Part shown: positions 26,510 to 39,900 of the stretch, in pieces
How positions within the stretch are numbered: position 1 is the stretch's first letter
Layout: every line of letters begins with the position of its first letter
NCBI RefSeq assembly: GCF_030144855.1
Contig: NC_082721.1
Span: forward strand, 56,792,001 to 56,856,000
Reading direction: 5' to 3'
Source: Hypanus sabinus
Lineage: Eukaryota
Length of the DNA stretch: 64,000 bases
Notes under the pieces: generated by a model
Database searches by the model: none
Told to the model about the DNA's origin: nothing
The model's input: the letters and a program-made list of their open reading frames with translations, nothing else
Made by a program: the position numbers and the translations under genes

Positions 26510-26676
26510 ACCAATTATTTCCCAAAGCAACAAGGAGCCGCAGCACAGACGTAAAAGAGCCACATGCGGCTCCGGAGCCGCGGGTTGCCGACCCCCGGCC
26601 TAGACCTAATTATACCCAGTTATCTTGAATTTTGCCACCAGAGGAACTAGTTTTTCTGACTATCAAGTTTGATATA

Positions 26677-27469
26677 CAGTGGATTCTAGTTAATTAGGAC
26701 ACATAAGGGCTGGTATGTTTTTGCCTAATTAACTGGCTGCTCCAATTAGCATAAGTTTTATGGAAGTAGTTAAAAAAGTATTTGAAAGACAAACTATCGT
26801 TGAACTGAGTAACAATGTATTTAATTGAAAAGCAGAACACTAATAATATTACTGCAGTACTATATAAAACTATTAGTTCCTTATAGTCATCAACAGAGGA
26901 ATTAATCCAGTGCACACTGCTGTTTTGATTGACTATAAATGAACAAAATCAGCTAGACACGTAATGTAGATAATGGACTACCTTTATACAATCCTTTCGA
27001 AGATTGCATCCTCCACATCTTCATTTTCATTCTAACATTCAAGATCATTATTGATACTCTCAAATTCTTTATGGTTCTTGTTGAAGCAGTGTAATTGCTT
27101 CATTTTTGATCCTAGTTGTGTCTGGCATCTCTATGCCTGAATGCTTAAAATTGCAGTGAGCAAAACAGTTCTGAATTGTCTTGCTGCTTATTTCTCACCA
27201 ACTATTAGTGACAAAAATCACTGCTTTTTGAACACAAACACTTAAAACTGACACTATTTAAAACCTGTTAGCTCTAAGCACAGTGTAGTGTTTAATGGCC
27301 ACGTGTGCATGCTACTGACACAAGTTAGAAACTAATCGGCAACGTCTCCTGCCCCAATTGTTGCATAGTGTCCAAATAAATGAAGGGAATCTTAGCAATT
27401 TTCTCAGTTTCTGTTCTTTAAGAGTTTACCCCCCAGTCAACCATTTGACCAATTAACTGTAATCCACTG
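26677..27469. mobile_element. Non-autonomous Tigger/pogo-like element
   Basis: TIRs CAGTGGATTCTAGTTAATT / AATTAACTGTAATCCACTG, TA on both sides. Confidence 0.85.
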
Positions 27470-30184
27470 TATGTGATTTTAAAGTCCTTAACTAGATTAT
27501 TCATTAACTTTCTAACCTTAAGGGAATACAGGTCAACTTTATACACAAGCCCAGTGTCATTCTGCTGAATCATCAGTACTCTCCAAATGCCTTTACCTCA
27601 TCTGCAGTGTGATGCCTATAGCTGAGTGCAGTTTTCCAGAAGGTGTCAGTCAAATGAATCTATGTACAAAAGAATCTATTATACAAATGAAACCTAACAC
27701 TTAAATTTGTGTTTCAGTGCTGTTGAAGGTCTTCATCCCCTTGGTTAACTTGTTGCACCTATCTGTACCTTCCTTTATATTCATTTGCATGTAGTAATTT
27801 ATGTACATGATTATCTGAATCCCATATCACTGATTTGCATTTGAGAAATATTGTAAGACTCAATGAGGAGGCTGTTGCTCACTATGAGGAGTATAACTTT
27901 TACTTAGTGTTAAATTTTGCCTTGAAGGACTTGCCTTTCTGATGTACATAATGTGTGAGCATTTGTATGTTAATTACTCAAAAAGAACTATCAAGTACTG
28001 TGTGTGGTGGCTCTTTAATACTTTGAGTGAAATGGTTGTTAGGTTGGAACCTAGAAATATGGCCTCAACAAAACTGATCATAGACATGGAGTATCTCACT
28101 TACAAACCTAAATTTTTAGTTTCTACTATGACTATTCGGTATCTTTTATGGTTTAGATAGTACATCAATGGATATAGACATTGTCTAGGTGCAGGGAATG
28201 TTTAATTGGCCATTTGATTACTCACTTAATCGGTTTGGCACAACATTATGGACCAAAGGTCCTGTGCTATCACTCTGCCAAAAATATTATCATTTTTGTA
28301 TTAAGTGTATTGTTGTAACTACTAATGTCCCATGGTATAAATAGAAGTATTTATACTTCTCCAAAGTATAAATTTATACCTCCAAATTTACCTCTGCTGT
28401 AGAAAAGTGATAGTTTTAGGTGTTTGAGGATGTTGGTGTTTAGATGTGACCTTCCTTTTCAGAGCATTTAGTCAACTGGTTGTTGGTCTAATGTTATTTC
28501 ATTAAAAATGTAAACTTCGGGCAAAGTATTCTTCCCAATGGTTACTTTGAATGGAACAGTGTCCAGGCTGCTGCTGTTGCAGTGTATCTCCAGGAATTCC
28601 TGCTTCAGTTAAGCCTTTGGTTGATTCTTCACACTAAGCAACTTTTTGGGTTGTCTGTATATAATTATCTTCAGTTTGAATAACCATACCATTTTTGGGT
28701 ATTTTTACATTGCATGCTGTTTCAAGGCTGTGTGGCTTCTACATGCTGTTCCACTTACTAAAGCCTACCCTAGAAGCCAAATCACCTATCCAGGAAAATA
28801 AACATTCCAAACTGGGAGATTAATGTTGATCTAGATCAGAACAATGGAAATAGAGTATTTTAAGTGTACAGTCCCGTAAAACTTTGCTTTACAGCTTCAA
28901 AAGAATTGTATTGTGCTCTGATATGAACATTGAAGTTCTTCGGCTGTTAGGTTAAGTAAGCCAAGTGATGTGATTTAACATCATAAGCCACTGCCTAGAG
29001 CACACCAGAATAATAACAAATCATTGTCCAGATTAGTGTCAAAATTTCATTTAATGATTAGACTTCTGAGAATAAGGCTAAAATAAATTAAGTGTTATAC
29101 AATTTGGATGGGGTACAAATATCCATTGTGTTACGTAGACTAAAGTATCTATCAAAAGCTACATACTGTTATCACGTATGGTTTGCATACTGTTTTAAAT
29201 ACCTGTATTATGGTTACCCTTTGAGGGTGTTGGTTTCAGTAGTAGCTATTAATTTTCTTTAATACAAATTTAGTGCAGCTGGGTGATTTGCTCTTAAAAC
29301 ATTGCAACCAATGGTATGAATGCAGCCCGGTTAGAGTCCCATGTTCAAATGTATTTATTTACGGTACACAGATTTCACAAGTATTAATGGGGCATGAAAA
29401 AATTGTGGGAAAATATCATTTATTGTATGTAATGTTGAACCAATGACTATATTGTATTTTGTCTATAAGTGCACTGCTCACTTAATTTTTATCTGTTATG
29501 CCACAAATTTAGCACTTTTTTTCTGCTAGATGGGAAGCAAAAGAGTCAGTTAAAGTAATCATCACAGATGCTAATTGAAAATATGAAAAATATTTGAAAA
29601 TGACTGTTCATATTGATTTATAGCATAGACTTGTGCCTCTTCAACAGAAGTTTAGAAAAAAATCTTAACAAATATATTGAATAGAATCTACTTGGCATTG
29701 ATTTTAAATAATTAGTTGTGTGGATGCTGGCCCATTAGTTCTGGAAATTTAAAAGCTATGGGGGTGGGGGGGGGGGTGCCTTGTACAGAATTGAAACTCC
29801 TGTGTTTTCCTTTGTTTTCTGTGGCCTATATTTTGAGCCCATGATTGGTCAATATGAGGATGTGATCATACCAGCCACTGGTTTTGTAGCTGATTAGCTA
29901 AATCAATTTTCCAGTTGTAATGCTTGTTTATATTCATGTGTAGATTTTCACATCTCTCTGGCTTAAAGTATTTTTTTTTTAACCAGAACTTCTAAAACCA
30001 CTCCCTGGAAGGAAATGTGGAAAACAAATGATAAATCCTTTGAAACATTCCGATTATATTTTTAATAAGCAAAATAAATACTGAAAACACCTACAAGTAC
30101 CAATATTAGCACTGGGTAAGCAGTCACTTGATTGTTCCATAGGATAAAATTGTTCAATTTATACACTCTTTGCAGGTTTGTTAT

Positions 30185-30465
30185 TCTATTTATTTTATTT
30201 AGAGATACTGCACGGAATAAGCCCTTCAAGCCGTGCCTCCCAACAACTTGATTTAACCCTAGCCTAATCACTGGAAATTTACAATGACCGATTAACATTC
30301 TAACTATTATGCCTTTGGATCATGGGAGGAAACTGGAGCACCTGGAGAATTCCCATGCATTCCATGGGGAGGACATACAGGCTCCTTACAGATGATGTTG
30401 GAATTGTACTCCGAACTCCGCGCTGAGTTGTAATAATCTCTCGCTAACTACTGTGTTACTGTAGA
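30185..30465 (-). mobile_element. tRNA-derived V-SINE-like element
   Basis: Reverse complement similar to the SINE at 54845-55110 (ggtgctccagtttcctccca core, AT-rich tail). Confidence 0.75.
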
Positions 30466-31180
30466 CATCTTAAAAAGCTGGCTAGAGAGTAAACTGGAGG
30501 CTGACGTCTTGGAATGTGCATATTCTCATTTCAGTTTTAATTTGTGTTTTTAAATCAGGTGGTCGTTCAGAAATTATAACAAGCTATAACAATATTAGCA
30601 AATCAAAGTAGTAGCAAAGACCAGAAAAAACAAACATTTTCAAGGATTCATTTGTGCTGAAACAAGTTATTTGCTGTTTAAAGCACTTTCTTAACTTGCA
30701 AACATGAAGTTGGGGTTAACATTTTAAGAAAGGGGGAGCAGGGTCCAAGCCATTTGATTGAAGCATTGCTTATTTAACAGGCTGGTTCCACAAATCTGTT
30801 TTAACTTTTGCAAGAAAGATCAAATTCAAATTATAACTTTTAAGGAAAACTTACAAACATTGATGGAATTACAAATATTCATGTTACATGTCTGGCTGAT
30901 TTACCATTGAACATTTAAAGAGCTGTTGGTGGTCTTTAAAATGGTAACACCTGCACTGTTACTTTTGCTTTATAGGGGAGTGTAAAGAATGGCCTACCTC
31001 CGCTCACAGTAGCTTGTATACTGTATGTTAGAAGTGCGTTGAGACGTTGTCGTGGGAGATGCATTCTGTGTGGAATGAGGTCTAATTTCAGGAGTCCTGT
31101 TTAATTACATTGTGGGCAGCATTGACATTGCAGCTCCAAGCGCTCGTGTAATGGTTGCAGTCTTCTGTCCCTTACACCAG

Positions 31181-31258
31181 GTGGGAAAGCGGCGAGGTGG
31201 GGCAAAGCTAGCCCTCAAGACGGGAATGGTAGCCAAGAAACACAAGGCTGATGAGGAG
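31181..31258 (+). CDS. TRIR: TRIR coding exon 2
   Basis: Acceptor ccttacaccag|GTG, donor GAG|GTAAGA; encodes VGKRRGGAKLALKTGMVAKKHKADEE. Confidence 0.95.
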
Positions 31259-32422
31259 GTAAGAATCTGAAGCTTTTATAAAGTAATTAATTGTGCTTTT
31301 GACAAAATATCTACTGACTTAAGTTATTTTATTTCATAGAAAGATAGAGTGCAGGGGCCCAGTCTTTTTATTGTGCCTGTACCAGCTTTTTAATAGTTCT
31401 ACAAACTTATCCCACTTTCCTGCTCTGTCACAGTGATTTCTTTCAAATTTTTAACCAATTTTCTTTTCAGCTTCTAACAGCTTTTAAGGCAGAACAGTCC
31501 TGTTTACAATAACTTATGTATACTTAAGGAAAAAAATTGCTTCATATCACCCCTGGCGACAAAGTAATTTTGGATAATCGATAGGAAGTTCAGAGGGAAA
31601 ATGGGAATTTTCCATTGTGAGGGAAGTGGGTATCTGGAGCATACTATTCTGAAAGGCAGGTGGAGGGAGCAGCTACTGTATTTATAAAGTATTTGAAGAT
31701 TTACTCAAAATGCTCTCATGTACAGGGCTAGGGCTGGGTGCTGAGTAGTGGGAATACAATGGACATTTTAGGGACAAAATGGTGCAAATGGCATTATTTT
31801 GCTATATGTGATTCTAGAGATTTGCTAATTAGCTGAAATCTCTGGAACCAATTAATTTACAATTTTGACTACCTCTGTCAAATCTCTTGGCTATGCTGTG
31901 GGGAAAAATAAGTCTCCATGTAAAAGTCTTCCTATTAACATTCCCTTTGACATTTAAATTTAAAGTCTTAACTTCCTAAAATGTAGTGCTCAGATTAAAG
32001 CTTTTGTTCATTTGTGATTAAAACCTTAACAATTTTAAAAACCAAAGGAATTGTTGTGTTTTTGAACTGGTACAGGCTTTGGATTTTTGCCTGTTTTTGT
32101 ACTTGAGTTTGCAACCATCCCAGGGCATAGGCACTTCAACTGCTCTGTGTATACTCAGAGTAGGCACAAGACTGCCCTCCTGAATGAGGTGTTGAAACCA
32201 TGCCATGTGGAACCATGACTGCAAAAATCAGTGCCTCAATAAAAGAAGAATTGTTTTTAAATTGCCAATGTTTTTCTGTTGGAGTTGGCGCGAGATTTGG
32301 ATGTTGAATTCTTGTCTGTTATGCTCAAAGGTTATCCCTTCACCTGCCTCCCTACTGTTTGGTATCTAGCTTTGTGCAATGTTGATGTTTAGTCTGCCTG
32401 TTTCTTTCCCTTCCCTTCCCAG

Positions 32423-32530
32423 GCTGAGGCACGTGGAGGAGATGCGTGGGCAAAATACATGGCAGAGGTGAAGAAGTACAAAGCACATCAGTGCAGTGAT
32501 GACGACAAAACCCGGCCTCTTGTTAAATAG
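32423..32530 (+). CDS. TRIR: TRIR coding exon 3 (terminal)
   Basis: Long pyrimidine tract then ag|GCT; encodes AEARGGDAWAKYMAEVKKYKAHQCSDDDKTRPLVK-TAG. Confidence 0.95.
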   Translation, partial: AEARGGDAWAKYMAEVKKYKAHQCSDDDKTRPLVK

Positions 32531-34142
32531 CCTCATCTGCAAGCCCATGCAGACAAGAACTGTATTATATTTTACACCGTTCAGATCAAGTCCTCAACCC
32601 ATTGCCCTGACTGTACAGACAGTATGAGATTTTTGATGGCCTAAAATATGTATTTATTTGAATTTGTGGTTTGACAACAACACCTGCAAAACATCGAATG
32701 CATTGTTTAATTTTTATCATTATAATCCAGTTTCAGTGATTATTAGTGTACAGCCCCTGTTGTAGCTATCCACATACTGGTTTCTCCATAGAACATAGTT
32801 TTCAGATACTTTTAATCTTTATTTTTTATAATATGCACGATTATAGCTCCAATTGTCAGTAAACAGAAAGCTCCATGCATATTTGATCTTCTGTGCCTGC
32901 AGTTATTAGCTACAGAACTGTAGTCAATTTTTGAAATGTGTATATAATATTGCATACTTTGCTGACCTCCCCTTGGCAAGTGTATTTGCCAAGTTGGCAT
33001 AAGCAAATAATGGGACTATCTGGTTTGTTCTTGGTCTGGTCCTATGTTTGGTGCATTTCTTTGAAGAGCCCAGTGCCTGAGTGTTGCTGTTCTTTTCTTT
33101 TGGCCCCAAGGGCAAGAGGCAATAGTAGGACTTATTTCTTGTTTACACCATTAGATCTAGAGACCAGTGACCAAATTGGGTCTTGACTGGACTTCATGCT
33201 TTTTTTTATCCTGGGGTTGAGGTCTATCCAGTGAACAAAGCTGAGGATGTGGATGTTAGTGTTCCATTACGGGATAGTCCAGTGGATCGAGCACAGCCAT
33301 GAGTGAGTGACCCAGCATGGTTGGGGGGAGGGTGTGCAGAGTAGTGTAAACGCAGGAATTGGAGCAGGGTTAGCAAAGGTTTCTCAAGGTCACAAAACTA
33401 CCTCAGGTGTAATTAGTGGAACATTTTCATATAACCTCACTGAGTTTTCACCTGGGTAGTGTTCATCTTCCACAGTGCAAGTAGAAGACTTAGTTTTGCT
33501 TGATTGAATTTCCTTACCCATAAATAACCACTAAGCCTGTTACATTGTGGTGTTCAGTGTCTCTGCCTACTAAACCCGGAGTGCTCTGTGAGACTCTATT
33601 CAAAAATAATATCAAATGGTGAGGGGGAAAAAGTGACTTCAGAGCATGGGTTTGGTGATTACTTTATAGATGGAGTGTCAGGGAGAGAGAAGCAGTTTTC
33701 CTTTGCTTGTGGCTCAGTGGAGATCAGGAAGAAACCACCAATCTTCCAATTGTATCAGTGTCTTGTAAGTTCCAAAGCTGTAAGCTATATGGTTAAATGC
33801 AGAGTGGGCAGTTGATATTTTTAATAGATGTTTGGTTGTAAACAACACAAGATTTCCTGAAATAGGTGTGAGGGGTGAGAAGGAAAGCAGCTGGAATATT
33901 ACAAGAGGTCTCTAGTTTAACAATCAGTTTGAATATTGTTTCTGCTTCTCTGAATTTGATTTCCCACCACTCATCTTTCTAGACTTAAATCCTTGTTTCA
34001 CAATTTCTCTTTCATGCTTTGGATGTAAAGCATGTCCAGAAACAGTGTAGTTTCCTGGTCTTATTGCGCCTGGGGCACACCATCTCCTCTCAGTAACAGA
34101 ATAGTGTAGTGACTGATTCACCTTCCAGTTGTTTGCTTTAGT

Positions 34143-34148
34143 ATTAAA
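34143..34148 (+). terminator. Candidate TRIR polyadenylation signal (ATTAAA)
   Basis: ATTAAA about 1.6 kb after the stop, within a repeat-free stretch; not confirmed. Confidence 0.35.
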
Positions 34149-34769
34149 AATGTGTACTGTGCCACACTGGGTGCATTATTCATTCTGATCTCTGATCTCT
34201 CATTATGGCCCATGAAGGTGGAGAGTGTTCCTCGGAGCTCCTGGCCACAGGAGTAGTATCCTGTTGATTGTGTGTGGCTCTTCATTGTAATTGACAGTTG
34301 CAGGACCTGCTGTGGACATGATATCCTGGAGTCTTTATATTTCTTGCAGGTGTACAGAAAACCTACCATGGGGAACATGAGGATATTAGCATAATTTTCT
34401 TTCCAAAGTCATTTAATGAGTCTTAATTCTAAGCTTCAATTCAAAATACCAAGAAGAAACCACTGTCAAAAGTGCCAACAATGAACAATGAGTTCATAAT
34501 GTCATTAATTCTGGTTCTCTGCTAGTTGCCCTCAGTTCCCAGAGTTGGGATGGGATATGATTACCATTGCAGTGGGGTCACTTTGGTAGCCAGATGGCCT
34601 ATGGCTTACTGATTCTTTGACTGGTGAGTTAAGGGCAGTGAGAGATGGGCATTGTGTACCATGGATAGACCTTGAACATCAGTTTTGGCATGTGCCTTTT
34701 GATTTTAGCTCCATACCTGGTTACAGAGATGAGGAGGTGCTGATTTCTGCCCGCGACTAGGTTGGAGTT

Positions 34770-35680
34770 AGGACTGCTTCTTTTCATGTTTTATATCAGT
34801 GATTTGGATGTTGAAATTGATGCCTTTGTGGCCAAGTACGTGGATAATACGAAGATAGGTGGAGAGTTGAGAAATCAGGGAATCTGCAGAAGGACCTAGA
34901 CATGTTAGGAGAACGGGCAAAGAAGTAGCGGATTGAACATGGTGTGTGATCGTGCACTTTGGTAGAAGGAATAAAAGTGTAGACGATTATTTTAAACAGG
35001 ATAAATGCAAAGGGACTTGGGAGTCCTCTTGCAGGGTTCCCAGAAGGTTAATTTGCAGGTTAAATTAGTGGTAAAGAAAGCAAATGCAATGATAGCATTA
35101 ATTTTGAGAGGACTAGTATATAAAAACAAGGTTGTAATGCTGAGGTTTTGTAAGTCTGTACTTGCAACATTAAGAGCAGCTTTGGGCTGCTAAAGATGTG
35201 CTGGCATTGGAGAGAATCTATCTGTTCAAGAAGTAATTAGTCAGTATCCATGTGGTGATCGAAGCACACAGCTACAGCAAAGGGTTGACATACGAGGAGC
35301 GTTTAGCTCTGGGCTTGTACTCGGAGTTTAGAATAACTGGGAATCTCATTAAATCTATCAAATTTTGAAAGTTGGATAGTGAGAGGATGTTTCCAATAGT
35401 GGGTGAAATCTAGAAGCAGGGCATAGACTCAGAATAAAAGGACGCCCCTTTAGAACAGAGATGTGGAGGAATTTCTTTAGAGGATGATGAATCATTGCCA
35501 CAGACAGCTGTGGAAGCCCAAATCACTATGTAAAGCCCAAATATGTAAAGCAGAAAGAGCATCAAAGGTTACGAGGACACAGCAGGAGAATGTGGTTGAG
35601 GGGGAAATAAATCAGCCTTGGAGTATACTCGATGGGCTGAACAGCCTAATTTTGCTCTTGGGTCTTGTAGTCTAATGGTT
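34770..35680 (+). mobile_element. Decayed CR1 3' portion
   Basis: QRDLGVL...VVKKANAM motif and CR1-type 3' tail. Confidence 0.85.
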
Positions 35681-36919
35681 TATCTTTTTGAGCTGTTTAA
35701 ACGAGTGCCTTGACATTAAGAATGTACAGTATCCAGGTCAAGCCTGGTGATTTTTGTTTAGTGAGAGTGCAACAGTGCACATGTTGGAAAGTGGGAGGCA
35801 GTCAAAACTGCGCCTTCCCAATGATGTGAACAATTCTATATTAAAGCAAACTAATTTTTGTAGGATTTAAATCAAGTGTGAATTTGCTGAGTAACGTTAA
35901 TGTTTGACTGGAGTTGAGGCTGTTGTGCAGCTGGGCTTGTGGGAGTGTGTAGTCAGTGGGCTTGTAATGCTACTGGTTCGGGCAGTGATACCAGCGTATG
36001 ATGGGTAGGACCTGTGTACCTGCTGAGGCAGTTTTATTGCATTACTTCAAATCAATGTAGTTGTAACCAATGACAGTTTAATCAGGTTCAAACTCAATGC
36101 CACTTGAATACTAGGAGTTAATTTGGACTTTATTCTGCACTGGGAGGATAACTTGTTTAACTTTTTTTACCATGCACCTGTAAATATAATTCATCCCTGT
36201 CCCTTCCCCCAACACATGCACTGACAAATTTATACACACTGACATAGATACTGACAAGACTGCATAAATACACGCACACAGTCATTGACATACTGACACA
36301 GTAACACTAGCAATGTTTCACTTTTTTGATTGGGTGAACTCCACAGCATAATACTGTCATAATACTGCTGTCTCTGAGCTTTGAAGGGAGACTGGGTGTG
36401 GGGGGAGCTGCTTTTGGACACAAATGTATTTTGATACAGTGAAACACCATTAATCTAATGAATTATTACTATTAATATTTTACAACAGGAGGTCTCTTTC
36501 AAATTCCCCAGCTGTCTGGGTATAATTGTTTGCCAGGTAGCTGTTGTTTCTGCCCTCTCTGTTAATGTTGGCCACAGTGGTCTTATTTTACCTGACAAAC
36601 ATCTATAAAATGATTATTTAACAGTGGGTTGTTGGCCAAAGACCTCACACTGGAGCATTTTAACACCTCTACCATACCCTTATTCTGGGATGCAGCTGCC
36701 ACCCGCAGTCTCCAACTACCCGGATTTGCTGTGACTCTGTGTGAAATTACTCGGAAAGATTGGATTGCTGTCAGGACTAACACAAACTCTACAGTTAAAC
36801 ACATAAATGTAACATGTATATCATTTGTTTAAAGTTACTTTGTGTTTCCTGTACCCCAGGGAAAATCATAGATCATGTACATGGTACATGGATGGAAGTA
36901 GTTACAGAATTGAAACATA

Positions 36920-39900
36920 TTAAAGAGCATAAGACATAGGAGCAGAATTATGCCATTCAGCCCAGGGATTTTCTCCCTGTTTATAAAAGTCTTTGTCTTT
37001 ATTCCATCTGCCACTTTGCCCATTCTCCCAATCTAAGTCTTGCTGACTCCCTGCTTCCTCAACGCTACTTGCCCCTCCACTTATCTTGGTATCACCAGCA
37101 AACTTGGCTACAAAGCCATCAATTCTATCATCCAAATCATTAACATATAATGTGAAAAGCAGTCAAGACACTGACCCCTGTGAAACATAAATAGTCACCA
37201 GTAGCCAACCAGAAAAGCCCCCCTTTATTCCCAGTCTTTGCCTCCTGCTAGTCAGCCAATTGTCTTATCTATGCTAATATCTTTAATACCATGGGCTTTT
37301 ATCTTGTTAAGCAGCCTCCTGTGACACCTTGTCAAAGGCCGCCTGAAAATTCAAGTAAGCAACATCCTCTGACTCGGTCTATCCTGCATGTTACATCTGA
37401 CTTTTATCTTCTTCTCAAACTGCTGGATGAATTCTATCATATTATCACTGTCTCCCAAGGAGATCCTGATCAGTTAGGGCGATAGGCTAAGGAATAGTAA
37501 TTCAACTTGGATAAGTATGAGGTGACTTATTTTGGACATTCAAACCGGGGTATGATTTACAACAGTGAATGGAAAGGTACTGACATGTGGATCAAAGGAG
37601 CCTGGGAGTATAAGTATACAGTTCACTAAAAGTGGCTTCACAAATACACAGGATGGTGAAGAAGGTGGCCTTCATCAGTCAGGGTATCGAGTTTAGGAAT
37701 AGGACATTATGCTGCAGTTAAACAAGTTGTTGGTGAAGCCACACTTAGAGCATTGTGTACACTATTGGTCACCATTATAGGAAAGGCATGTTTGAGCTGG
37801 TGAAATTGCAGATGTATATGAAGACGGTTCCTAGACTAGAGGACCGGAGTTTTAGGGAGCATGGTGCGACTAGTATCCTGAGCTGCGTATGTTTCAATGT
37901 TAGAAGTATCGTGGGAAAGGCAGATGAGCTCAGGGCATGGATCAACACCTGGATTTATGACATTCTAGCCATTAATGAGACTTGTTTGCAAGAAGGGCAG
38001 AATTGGCTGCTCAATATTTGGGGGGTTCAGTTTTAGATGTGACAGTGGGAGGAATTAGAAGGGGGAAATGGCACAGCAGTGCTCTATCACGGCAGACTGG
38101 AGAATACCACTAATGAGGAGTTACGGGTGGAACTGAGAAATAAGAAAGGTATGACCACATTAATGGAGCTATAATGCAGACCACTCAGCAGTCAGAGGGA
38201 AATAGAGCAATAAACTTGCAAAGAGATCGCAGACTGTTGAAAGTAACATTTGTTTGTAAGTGGTTAAGGCATTGGTCTAGTGATCTAAGGGTCGCTAGTT
38301 CGAGCCTTAGCTGAGGCAGCATGTTGTGTCCTTGAGCAAAGCACTTAAACACACATTGCTCTGCAACAACACCGGTGCCAAGCTGTACGGGTCCTACTGT
38401 CCTTCCCTTGAACAACATTGGTGGCATGGAGAAGGGAGACTTGCAGCATAGGCAGGTCTTCCATGCAACCTTACCCAGACCTCAGTCATCATAGCAAATC
38501 GATTGTCAGCCGAAGAGAATTTGTTACAGTAAGTGATTTAAACTTCCCACATATTGATTGGGAATCCAATACTATTAAAGGACTAGACAGGATAGAGTTC
38601 ATTAATAAGCAAAGCTTCCTTCATTAGTACATAGAAGACCCAATGAGAGCATATGATAATGGATTTGCTATTAGGGAATGAGGCAGGGCATGCGAGATTC
38701 TAAATTCGAGAAAGGCCAATTTTGATGGTATCAGAAGATCTGGCAAGTGGGAATTGGGACAGGCTGTTTTCTGGCAAAGGTATACTTGAAAAGAGGAGGG
38801 CTTCAAAAATTAAATTGAGAGTACAAATCTTGTATGTGCCTGTCAGATTAAAAAGGTAAAGATAACAAATGTAGGGAGCCTTAGTTTTCAAGAGAAAGAG
38901 GTGCACAGCAGGTATGGACAGGAGGGAACAAATAAAGTGGGGATTATGGGGGACAAGAAATGCAAGAGAACACTTAAGAAATCAGGACTAAAAGGCATGA
39001 GGTTGTCTTAGCAGAGAAGGTGAAATAGAAGAGGGATTATACAGATGTGTTGAGAGCAAAAGGATTGCAAGGGACAAAGCTGGTCCTCTGGAAGATCACA
39101 ATGGTAATTATGCATGGAGCTAAGAGATCTTAAATTTTATTTTTGCATCTATTTACTCAGGAAATGGACACAGTCTAGAAGTGAGGTAAAGCTGCAGCAA
39201 GGTCATGGACTATAAACAGATTAGAGGAGGGGGATGATTGCTGTCGAGGCAAATTAGGGTGGATAAATTGTCCTTAGCGATAAGTGAGGTAACAGCTAAT
39301 ACTGTTAAGTGGTGTAAGAAAGACTAAAAAAAACAGGCAATTATTGTAAAGTAGTCGAAAGGATTGAATATACAAGTATTCGTATAGCCATGAACCAATA
39401 AAGGATAGTCACCATGGCTTTTGTGTGATGGGTCATGTCTAACCAATCTTACTACGTAATGGTTTTGGCCCAAAGTTGACTGTACTTCCCCCCCCCCCCC
39501 CCCCCACAGATTCTGCCTGGACTGCTGAGTTCCTCCAGCATTGTGTGTGTGTGTGTGAGTTACTAGTTTAGTCTTTTGAGGAAGTTAGTAGGAAAGTGGA
39601 TGAAGGCAAGGCAGTGAATGTCTATATGAACTTCAGTAAGCACTTGACAAGGTCCTGTATGGGAGGCTGGTCAAAGGTTCAGACACTTAGTATTCAGGAT
39701 GAGGTAGTAAATTGAATTAGACTTTGGCTTCTCCCTATAGATGCTGCCTAGCCTGCTGTGATCCACCAGCATTTTGTGTATGTTAGACTTTGGCTTTGTG
39801 GGAGAAGCCAGAGAGTGGTAGTAGAGGGTTGCCTCTATCTGATTGGAGGCCTATGACTACCTGTCTGCTGCAGGGACCAGTGCTGGGTACTTTGTCATCT

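Larger units (their letters stand above)
25000..26597 (-). mobile_element. Internally deleted hAT (Charlie/SPIN-like) DNA transposon
   Basis: TIRs CAGGGGTCAGCAACC / GGTTGCCGACCCCCG; perfect 8-bp TSD GCCTAGAC (24992-24999, 26598-26605); transposase piece WLSRGEVLKRF...HLNTLNTALQ...FERKL...HFPNL. Confidence 0.93.
22485..32530 (+). other. TRIR: TRIR (C19orf43) gene span, CDS join 22485-22766, 31181-31258, 32423-32530; 155 aa
   Basis: Three phase-0 GT-AG exons give ...NAFANDGSFMELFKK...VGKRRGGAKLALKTGMVAKK...DAWAKYMAEVKKYKAHQCSDDDKTRPLVK*, characteristic of TRIR; head-to-head with GET3 as in human. Confidence 0.95.

Noticed and set aside
28965-29070. Possible C/D box snoRNA (GTGATGT...CTGA) in TRIR intron 1
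   Set aside because: Imperfect box C, no adjacent terminal stem, no recognisable guide sequence.
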